Assembly: GCA_965637545.1 (NCBI GenBank)
Contig: OZ281500.1
Location: 12,028,001 to 12,092,000, forward strand
Origin: Phallusia mammillata
Lineage: Eukaryota
Direction: 5' to 3'
Length of the DNA stretch: 64,000 bases
How positions within the stretch are numbered: position 1 is the stretch's first letter; every line of letters starts with the position of its first letter. Under the pieces are notes generated by a model. It searched no databases and was not told the DNA's origin. It worked only from the letters and a program-made list of their open reading frames with translations. Shown one piece after another: positions 50,446-62,400 of this stretch. The translations under genes and the position numbers were made by a program.

Positions 50446-53400
50446 CTAATCATATAAATTGCTTTGTGCACGAGACAACATCTTTACTCGAGTTGGAAAG
50501 CCGAGTTTTCTTCGGTAGAAAAGTCGAACATCGGTGTTCATCCAAGTTTCATTGAACAAATCGTAGACTACTTCCAACACAGAAAACACAGAAAATATTA
50601 CCTGGAATAATTACAAAAATCGTAAGCACCTTAAAACATGTTCTGTATTGAGCTGAAAAGCATCAAGTCCTGTCATTTTTCTAACCTGCATTGGGTAATC
50701 AGGGGCAGGGTATGTTGTCACTAAAATGGGAATGGATGAAGCGACAGATAAGGCAATGAACAAAGTAGAAAACCCATGTAGCCAAATCTGCTTCTCGAAT
50801 CTGTTAAAAACAAGGTCAAAGACGTTACTCATATTTATAAAAGTTTAGAACAGTACAAGGTTTAGAAGATGCTTTTGTTAGGCGATGTATTATGTGTCAT
50901 TCACATCATTAGCTACAAGCTAGTTATTTACAATTTAAAGTTAATAATTTAAAATAGGTTTGAACTGTTTTCATATTGGGAATCCAGTAATCAACTGTTT
51001 TCATATTGGGAATCCAGTAATATCGCTCCAATTTTAATGTCGTCTTCCATCAAAAAATACGTTGTAAGAAAGTAAATGTTCTGAAACGAAAGGTTTACCG
51101 TATAGCATCTTTAGGATTGATATAGATCTCCTCTTTGTAGAAAGCCCGACAAGTTGCCACAATCATAACTAGATTAAAAAGCGACACAACAAAATATCCC
51201 AACATTGACACAGATAGGAGCTGGATACCAAAAAGTTGTTCGCAGGTGAGAAGAAACCGGTTACTGAAGTCAAATTCGCCGTCATACAAGACGTAAAGTA
51301 GTGCGACGTTGATGGGGGCCAGTAAAGAATGACCCCAACATACAACGCTGAAGTTTGGACGTTTACTGAAAAAAACAATGCTTATGCCTAGTTAGTTTTT
51401 CCTAAAGTACACACGTACAAGTCCTATAATGCCAATGAACATCAAATCACAGTTTTTGCTATAAAGCAAACTTTGGCCAGATAAGGTCACGGTTTTTAAA
51501 ACACTTGTTGATTCGGTTCTCTTCCACAACAAAAGTACGACTTTTTGAAGGACAAACACGTACCCGTCGTCTTGGGAACTTTTGACCTTTATGTAGATAT
51601 CCAGGAATCGCATGGTAGAGGTTGTCACACAAACTGTGCTGAAGTATGAATAAAGGCAAAGTGTACTCAAGCAGATTATCCCACTTGGTGTCAACTTAAG
51701 GATCAGTAGAATAGTAACAAATCTGCACATGGCTGAAAAACATACGAGACTTTATCATATACGCAAAACAAATATTTTTGTTACATGTGGACACGTTTGG
51801 TTAAAAACAGTTTAATATTATTGTAAAAATATTACAATACTTGTGATGTAGGTCGACATTAAATGCACACAAGATGTTGAACCAAATGAATTTGTAAACC
51901 TATATAGAACACATTAGGTGAGAACGTACCAGCCAAAAGGTTATTTAATGAGATAAAAGTCTTAGCAAATGGAATGTTTTTCGGGTAGAACAGCAGTACG
52001 ATGCAGAGAAACAACATCGCAATGCAAAAGTACACAATCGTGGCTAAAAGCGACCTGAAAAACAAACATGCAGCGTTTGGCACAAATACTCGATTGCATT
52101 ACAATTATTAATGATTAAGTTAGCGACCATGTCATCAGCACGTATTCAAAATGCATGTTCAGCAACATGACAAGTTTCATTATAACTTGTATTGGGAATA
52201 AAAATTACTCAACATTGCCAAAACATACCACATTTCTAAATCCGTTATGTGTTAAAGGTACCTATACAAGGCTTTTACGTTGAACTGATTTACTGACTTG
52301 AATTTCTGTGTTTCATTCTTGGCAATTAAGTCGTCATCGACGTAATCATGACTCAGCAAAGCAAATGTGGTGAGATGATTACATCGGCAAATTATCTTGT
52401 CGTCCCGGATGCGCCAGATCTCGCAACCATCGTCATTGAATATCCCAGCGCTTGATTTTAAATCAATAAACACACACAGGGGATCCTCAAGTTTTCTAGC
52501 AAAGTTAGATAAAAGTTTGTATGTAGTTTAATCACAAACATTACTGCCAAGGTAGTGGTGTATATAGAAAACATCGTTCAGACGTTTCGACAATCTCTGT
52601 TGTCATCATCAGTGCATGTTTTTGCATTAAACTACTTTTCAAGTCCGTGTATAGTGTTCCTGAGTTTGTATGTAGTCTTTTGTAACACGATTTTAAATCA
52701 TACTGTTGTAAAAAAACGTTTTATCGTCATTAGTTTGAATGTAAACGTGAAAAAAGGTTGAAATTAAACACTTGTGTTACTCAACTTACAGACAAGGCTG
52801 TTGTCAATCTATAAAACCCGCGCCTTTTTAAAAGACGAAGTAATAATAGTGTGTGTGTGTACAGTTAGCAGTTTAATGGTTACCTCTTTTGGTAAAACGT
52901 CATGTAGACGTATCCTTTTAGCCGATGTACATTTGTCAATTCGTCATTGACATATAGTTGAGCTCCGACCAAGGCACTGTTTAACTTTCTGCCATTAAAA
53001 CTAAGGTGACCTTCGTTGCCGGTCAAGCTGTTTATTGGCAGAGAACTAAACAATTCGTCGGGATCGTCGTATTTCACCATGGAAACATACATGGTTGTGT
53101 TGACGTCATCATGTGCGGACAGCACGTCAGTGGGTATTTCTATGTAACTTTTGTCAAAACTAAGAAAAAGTTAAACAAAAAATGTCATTAGTCGTTCAAC
53201 CAAAAACCAATCAACCAATATTTTGTAATCATTGACAAAATTTCGCAAAGATTGATGAGAAGTAAGATAGTTATCAAACTACATTAACTTTTTTTTTCTG
53301 AAATAACAAATCTGAAATAGCTATAACCTGAGGTGGGAACTGTCGACATCAGGATATCGCAGTGCATTGTGGGCTTTCTGTACCACCTTCAATGTTAAAT

Positions 53401-56400
53401 GTACTTCTGACGTAAAACTTGTCTGATATACGTCATAGGATTGTGGATTTAGGTTTGACAAACCGTCAGTTGCAGCTTCATCTATGATTGCAAAGTAATC
53501 CTGTGGCCACAAAAATACAGTTACTTCTTTAACAAAAATGTTTTGCCTGGTAATTTCCCCTCGTGTTTGTATTTGTACCTGAATGCCAGTCAGGAGAGAA
53601 GTTACATCAAAGTCGTTCCACAAACGTGCGTATTTGTATTGAAACAAACGTTGTGTAATTGACGTGATTTGGCTGAGATGGTCAAGTTTCTCGTTCCGTA
53701 GAACGTTTTCAAATTGATTGGGTCTCCATGACAACAGTCTGCGCAACATTCCTGCAAAGTTTACACACAAAGTTAGCACTTGAGACAGAAACCGGTACGG
53801 TATTATTTTTTTAATGTGAAGAAAACAAATTGATATTAAAAATAAAAATAATTTTGTTTTAAGGCTAGATATCATTTTACGTCGTCGTATGTTGATATAT
53901 TGTTAACTAAGGTAACAAATGAAATAAAAAAAACATACTCTGAATAATTGCGATGTCGCCGCTCGTCTGAAGAGTTTTTCCATCAGCATCTTCCGACAAC
54001 ATACGGAGAATTCGGTCCGTAACTTCCGTAAATGTTATTTGATTCGGTGATCGCGAACCGATGATCTCCCAAATGTCCTGTCGCAAAACGAATGTTTTTG
54101 CATACATCAATTTGTACAAATCACATACTTAATTTGTGTCACTCTGGTTTCTTGTTTAACGTTTACGCAAGTGTCAGCGTGAATTGGTACAGAAAAATTT
54201 TACATTGCGAAAAAAACACAAAATAAGCTTATAAAACCTACGCGCAAAGCCGGTAAAACACAGCCTGAGAGATCCTCTTTCATCCACAGCTGATTTTGCG
54301 AACATTTTCTCCACACTGTGCCAACGGTGGGAAAAGGACAACTCTGATTCTGTGACCTTCCAGCGTGTTCGACCTCCCACCATAACTTGCTTCGTCCACT
54401 TCGTTCTCTCGGGCAATGTGGCGCCGACCAGGATGCAGAACGATATCTGATAACGAAAATGCGCTTGCGTAAAGAAGTGGTCCTGAGGTGGATCAGATTT
54501 GTAAGACGAGCCGGGTTTTTCGGGTGGGGTTCGGTTTAGGACTTGTATTTTTAACAAACGGACTTGATTCGGGCCTTACTTCACATTCTGTGTCAGTATT
54601 TTTTTAAATATAGATTACCTAGCTAAGTAGCTAGTTGCCGGATATTACCTAATACCCAATCGCTCTAAACGTCTGGCTTTGGCTGTTGCCCGTTATGCAT
54701 GTCTTCTTTAGTATAGGCCTGTCAATCAAACTTTTGGGCCTAAACGGGCTTCCCAAAAATGATTCGGGTTCGGGATTCGGGCTTGCACTTTTTGGTTCAG
54801 GCCTGGTTCGGGTTCGAATTTCAGGCCCGCGAATTTTTCAGGAACTCTGAGGTAGATATCCGAAAACCTTTATGCTGTCAATAGAGATAAAAAAATAGAC
54901 CTACAAAAAGCGTAACTTTCTAGAAAACGGCTTTTGGTGTAGCGATTGTCGATTTATTTGCTTTATGCAAAAAAGTCCACCGTTGCCCTTGAAAACCTAC
55001 CGGTCTGGTGGACAATTTCTTGCTTTGCACAGTTCTTCGACTGATTGTGAATCTTTCCCAGTTCCAGGACATAACAAACCACTTGCACGTGGTGCAGGAT
55101 CATCGCAAAAACGAATTTTATACCGAACTCCTGAACCACAACTGACTGAGCATGGTGACCAGGGCTGCCAAGTACCCCACTTGCCTGTAGAAAATGCAAA
55201 AAATGAAAAGCAACACACGAATGCAACAAATAATAGAGAAACGAACAACAAATAATGAAGAAACTAAGGCTCTCTGCATAATGTTTTAACAATACGCATG
55301 TTTTACAGACTAAAGATAAAAGAGCAGTAGAGTGTGTTGTTCATAGCTGCCAAATTACAGTTTAAGCAACACTTATCAACTTGTACGTTAATGATCATGC
55401 GAATCATGAATCTTTCAATAAAAATTGTGTTTAGAAACGGAAATCACAGTACCATCAAGTGGACAGGGCGTATCCGGACAGTAAACAACTTGCTCCTCGG
55501 ATTCTTCGCAAACAAATTGTTCCCGGAATTCCTGATCTTTCCAAACACACTGGCGAGTTCGAGTTCTAGTACCACGGTTTTCGCCACAAGTGACAGAACA
55601 AGGTGTAAATAAATTCCATTCGCCCCAGTGCCAGTCTGATTTGCACGGAGATAGCCCCAACAATCTTCTCCATTCAGTCTGTTGTTATAGAAAAGAACTA
55701 CTTTGTTTTGAGTTTGGCAAAAATGCGCGAATGCAAATGTGACTAGTTATTAACGGCCGCCCAAAATTTTCCACGGTAATTAGTAATTACTGAGACTCAT
55801 ATTTTTAAACTGAGACTCATATTTGTTACTAACTGTTTTGATATTTTATAATATTCTACCTCTGTACTTTTGTTTTCGCCACACAGTTTGCCCCCGTTGC
55901 TTGGTGCCGGGTTGTTGCACAATCTTATTCTGCTCGAGTTCCTCGCACCGCAAGGAATCACAGCTGGAATCCAGGACATCCAGTTTGACCACTGACCATC
56001 AATTGGACACTGCTCAGTGCAACATTAGTTTAGGATCTAATATACAAATACTATGTCTTAACCAAATTATTGGCAAATCGGTTTGATAACCACCAAAGCA
56101 AATGTACGCGCTCCACTTATGCCACATAAATATTTTTTCGCGAGTTACTATAATGTAGATTGAATTACTTTTTTGTATCTCAAAGTCCACACTTTGCACA
56201 ACCAACCATCCTACTACAATAACCCGGTGCAATTAATGAGGTCTGCTTACTTCTCGTTCATTACATACAACTTCTTCATGTGACAATCCCGGGCAAGTCG
56301 GTATTTCGCTTGTGTCATTTTGAACATTTTCGCAACGCCTTGTTCTGACCAGTGTTCCATTTCCGCATGATTTACTACAGGCGTATGGCGTCATCCAGGA

Positions 56401-59400
56401 AGACCAGGATCCCATGAGCGGACAGGGTACGTTTGGACATGATCTGACGTCAATCTGTCGTGGGAATATAAAAAAAATAGTGAAAACAAGTAATTTACTT
56501 TGAGTTTGAAACAAATGGAAACACTTCAAGTTCCGTTTGCTAGGAAAGATTTAAATATGTTTATGGAAACGGACAAATCTCCGTACAATCAAACACTCTG
56601 GGACAAAACCGAATATCCATATAAAACGTTGTCTATATAGTATTTGGATAAAAAAACAGGTTTACGATAGAAAACCGAAAGAGTGTGGTTTTAGTAATCT
56701 GGGATTCTTAACTCCCAGCAAGACTATAAAACCCACTTACGTCAAATGTTTTGTTTTCTGCACAAGGAAATCCTCCCTCTGACGGAGTGGGACTGTTGCA
56801 GCTTCTGTTCCTCGTAATAACTTCACTGTAACCACAGGTCGCACCACACTGGAAATGAAAAATAATCTTTAACATATCCTATTTAGTATGCAGTGTACAA
56901 ACTGACCTGTGTAAAATCACTCCATTGGGACCAGCCGCCGTGTATAGGACATGCTGAAAGGTTTGAACAAATGACTGTTTCGTCCTCCAAAGACTTTCCG
57001 TCGCATTGGTTAGGGACCAACAATCCCGACGGATCCTCACAGATACGTCTACGTACCATCGTTGAGTTACCACATGACGTTGCACACTAAACACAAGAAT
57101 TTGATCGTACATATAAATGCGGTTAACCGCTTAACCAATTGGTAAAGTTTTTTATGCGATTAACTGGATTTTCCGATAATCCGGAAGCTGTAGTGCAGTT
57201 GTTAACACGGCGCTTATCTGCACTTCCCTTTTAGCTAAAGTGTAGGTATTATTGCGCTGATTTTTGGCAATACATATTCCTTTCTCTCTTTTTTGTAGCC
57301 TTGAACACACAAACAAAACCGCTCAATCAGGACAGCAGATCAACGCTCACACCACAGCGCACAATGAGCCGGCACATATCTTAATCACGTTCGTTTCAAG
57401 AAGGATCAGCAACGCGCACACACTCCACGACATGGCATACACGTCGCGCAAACATTTAAATCACCATTTTTAAAGTCATGACAACGTCTCGTCACATTTT
57501 GGGCGAAAATGCGACTTTAACATAGAAATCATTATTTCAGGTTCTCACACTTCATTCAGTTGTATTTTGTGCGCAATATTGGTACGGAATTACAGTTTTA
57601 CGTGACAAGTGTTTTTTGATGAAGGAAATTATAGAACTTGCGAATAAGTTAGTTTGAACATATAGGTTATATCCATTATATCAGTGGTTCTCAAACTTTT
57701 TTTGTTGCGACGCGTCTGGAAAAGTTTTGTGGACTTGCGACGCACCAGCAAATAAAAGTTAATGAGAAAACTTATTATTAAAGCTGTGTTTATTGATACA
57801 ACAACAAATAACCACGAAACGGAACTATTCTGCGACGCCCTTGGAAAATTGAAACGACGCACCAGGGCGTCGCGACGCACAGTTTGAGAACTACTGCATT
57901 ATATCCATTCAATATGTTGAAATTCAATGGTTTGGTGTCAAATGATGATTTGCATTTTGTTGTTCTATTTAATTGTAACTAAAAGCTTATATAGGTTTAA
58001 CATTTAACAATTTTTTTATCAATACACACAGGTTGGTAGGTTGTCCACTTCGACCACTCATAGATTGATTCCGATCCGAAATTTCTTGTCCAGGCGTTTT
58101 TCCAAATTTCGGGACTTTCTTCTGCACCACGAATTGAAAAAACTTTGACGTAATACAGGCGACCCGCTTCCAAACTAGCGATATTTATAGAAGGTTGTAA
58201 AATAAACCTCTCCTTAACTGGAGGAAGGTCTCGTCTCGTGAAAACCGACACCTGGAAAAACATTAGCTTTTAATAATGCTATAGTAAATAATCAAATAAA
58301 ACTAAATTAAACAAATTGGCTTAGTATAATAATATTTAAAGGATTAACCAGAATTAAAAATTACAATTATTGCTCATTTGCTTACAAAAACCCGAATGAT
58401 TTGATAAGTTAGCGTTTTTCAAGGATACAATTTAAGAACGGGACGAACAAACATATGAGCCGTTTTTACCAGCAAGACAAGCAATTAGTAAAGTATTACC
58501 TTATATCTGTCAACCAGCTCTGCCGGATCAGACGCAGACCATGAGATTTCCAGATTTTGTTCTGCACCAGTAATCGTCAAATCCTTTACTCCAGTCAACA
58601 CTGAAGGGACAGTGAATTGGGAAACAACTTCTGAAGCGACCACATCCGGCTGTGAAGTGTGATAAACACGAAGCAAGGCCTGGTACACACAACCTGAAGA
58701 TAAATTGGTATTTCATCGTCTCTCTGGTCTGTGCTCAGTTCAAAACTATTCAAAAGTTTTCCACATTAACGTGTTTTTGTCATGTGTGTAACTGATATGT
58801 AGATTCGATGTTTTAGTGGTGACGAGGTGGCGAATTTCTGTCCCCATAGGACAGTGGTTCTTAACCGGTGGGAAATTTAACGTATTTAGAGGGGAATCAT
58901 GTAAGTCAGGAGTAACCAAACTCGGTCATGTGGATCGAATCCGGCTTTGAATTAAACGTTGAAAGGTAATTTACTGCATTTTTTTTCGTAACAACATAGA
59001 TTAATTTCACCTAGTTTTACCAGACGGATAAAAATCCAAAGGCCGTTTGTTACATCACAGACATGTCTGAAAGTATTAATGACTTTGCTATTGTTCGCTA
59101 ATAAATGCCTGTCTATGTTGATTGTGATGCAATATTTGAGTTTTGCAAGCAGAGAAGATTCTTCAATATTCCACATTATTTTACTCTCTCACTGAAGCAC
59201 TATTCAAACTAAATAGGATTGCAGTAAGCCTTTAAGGTCCCAACCAAGCCGCTTTACAAAATAGTTTCAATCATTTAATAATTTTTTTGTTAATGTAGGG
59301 CACAAAATTCATCATAAAAATAACAGAGTGGGAAATTCGAACTTGGTGATTCACTTTAGTGCAGTGGTTCTTAACCTTTTTTCCTTGCTGCACCCCTTTC

Positions 59401-62400
59401 AAATCAGTAACCAATTTTCGCACCCCCTTTCAAATCACTAACCAATTTTCGCTCCCCCTTCTGTAATTGCTTAAATAGAATAGACCTAACCAACCTTAAT
59501 GATTCAGCATCCCCGCACCCCCTAGGAACAGTTCTCGCACCCCTTGGGAACCCCTGCTTTAGTGGGAAAACATCCCAAAAAGGTTAAGAAACACTGCCAT
59601 AGGACGTGGTCGCGGACTGCGCGTTACAAACGAGCGATTTAATTGCTTTAAAATTGAAAAAAAAAATTAATCGTTCAAGATTAACTCGACAATTATAGTT
59701 TATGTAGCCTATGCCACAGTTATCCCCAAGTTTGCTATTTGTTCACGACAACAAGAAACATTTACATTTTCGCAATACTAAGACTTCACAACCAAGCAGA
59801 ACAAATATGGGCAGGGCCCAACGATTTAAGCATACCTTTGTAATATAAAACTTTAAAGCAATGCTTATAGGAATGCTGGCTAAAGTACGATTGCTAAAAT
59901 AAAAATTTCCGATTTTAATTTATAGACATAAAGTGCCGCGAACGGGCTGCACCCCTGTCCTCCCTCTGATTTTTTTAAGGAAAAAAATCTGGGAATAGGT
60001 TTAAAAATCCCAGGATTTCCTAGGGTAAGCTACCAAGCCGCATCGCCTTTGCTTCTTGCAACCGTGTCTGTTAAATAAACGAAGCATTTTCACTTTGGGG
60101 TGATTTTCTGATTCGTGCCAACTGATTTTTCAGTCCAATACAATGGTTTACATCAAAAGCGATTTTCGTTTACCTGTTGCAGAAACAGTTAAATTAACAC
60201 TTTTCCATTTCATATACTGCCGAGTGTGCCGGTCGCAGTAAATTGTTGCTAATATCGGTTCACTGCGGGAAGCTTCGGTGCAACCAGCAATGTCGTAAGA
60301 TCCTTCAATTGATGTTAAAACTTCCACAAACATCTGATACATGTAACATTGATTGTCCACTTCCCACTCGACAAAAATAGTTGTGGTGCCAATTCTAAAC
60401 AGGAATCGTATAACGTAAGCTGTGTTACTGAAATCAACACATACTAAACCTAAGCTTTTAGTAAACTTAAATCAGTCTGTGTTTTTCGTTATGCGATGTA
60501 ATATGAATTATATCGATTTCGCCGCTTTAATGGCATCCTCATTTCTTATTCAAATAGAGTTGAGTAAATATTATCCGCAACTGGGATCGTTTGTAATCAG
60601 CGCGTGACGATTTCGGGCCGAAGCACATATCACATTCTTTTATTTCAAGATACTAATTATATAACTTTTCACCGTTTTATATTTAGTTGCAAGCCTTTTG
60701 CTAATCCCGTTTTGACGAGGACTGAGTTGGATGTTGCAATTTTGTCGCCCGCTACTGCAGCTATACGGAACCAGTAAAATGTTTTTGGACGTAGCTCGAT
60801 AAAGTTGTACTTTCGTTGATGTGAATCCACTATGTGGTACTCAGTTGATCCAGAATTTGAAACTGCACGTGAACAAAAATATTAGTTAATTTAGCTTCTG
60901 CACAAATTTTAGAAAGTAATATGAGAGTCAGATTGCAGAAGAATACAACACATAATTAATAGTTTTGGTAGTCAAATCCAACATCAATTTTATGGCAAGG
61001 GCCTCACCTGAAGCTGATATATTGTAGAAGTCGACGAATTCGTCACCTTCAATTGTCCAACTCATCAGAAGGGCAGTTTTTTCCTTCGACTGTGTTGTGA
61101 GATTATTAAAAGAAGTTATGTTGGCTGTGTATGGCTGCGTTCTTCCATACAAAGGAATTGCTGGACCCAGGGCGCTATGAAATTCAGTTGTGATATCGAC
61201 GCGATATCGCTGGCCCGGTAGCAGCACCAAAGTTTCTGCTTCTGTAGATAAATAGAATTGGTAAATTTGTGTTTAACTCGGAGAAACATTCTCTTAAGAC
61301 CACAATTACCAATATCAAAACATTTTAAGGAGCAACATGTGTTAACGTCTGTTGAAAATGTACTGTAAACTGAAAATAAATCCCCAATATATTTTTTAGC
61401 AATAAATCGTCCAATGCCATACCTATATAATAGGCGCGATGCATATCGGAACTTATTGACGTTTGGTTTAAAAATAGGTCATCCCCGTCCTCATCAACGG
61501 CGGACACTGCTATTTTGTAGTGCTCCACCCCGCCGCGTAGTGGCGGATCCCATGCAATGACGTCCATTCCGGGCAGCAAAATGTCATCGAGCGGCACTTC
61601 AGATCTTTCAAAAAAAAAACAGTTTTTAACATTAAAACTGCGAAACAAAAAATCATAGACTTTTGATCGCTCACCTGACATTTATGGCCGCATCTGGTGG
61701 GATTATTACAATGCTGCTTTCCTGCGCGGTAATTAATTTAGGCAGATGACTGGCAGAAGGTTCGGCAAAAACAATCACAGTGTACGAGGTACCAGGTTCA
61801 GCGTCATGTATCAACAATAAAATATCTTCAGGATTTTGAACTGGTGTAAGTGTGCGGCTTAAAAGGGCCTGGTTCTGATTCGATCTAAAATACAAGTGAC
61901 AAAATAAACATCGCAATTCTACGAACTTCAAAACAAACAAAGATAAAGGTTGCACAACAATATACAGGTCGTTACGTTTTAACCGACATGGTTGACTACT
62001 AATACGTGTCACATATACCCTTAAAATCAACCACATAACCAGACCAGAAAAAATGCAAAAAAGGAGAACAACTTGAAGACAATGCGAGACTCAAGTGAAC
62101 CAATTACAAATGACTTACCCTGTTTTTCCATAGCCTGCGAGGAAGCTTATAGAACTGACGTCAAACTGCGTGAAAGCAAAGTAGTCATAGGACAATGTGA
62201 CATTAGTTGTGATAATTCCACCTCTGTATTCCGAATTTACTTGCAAGGTAACAGAAAGTCGATCCATAGTGGTAAGACACGAATTCACGTCTTGCAATTT
62301 CCTTAAGTTACCGATGCCGTTCGCACTAACAGAGCTTGATAATAAATTAAGTGGAGGTTCATTGTTGTGAAAACAGGAGAACTGCAAATCTGTTATTTCC

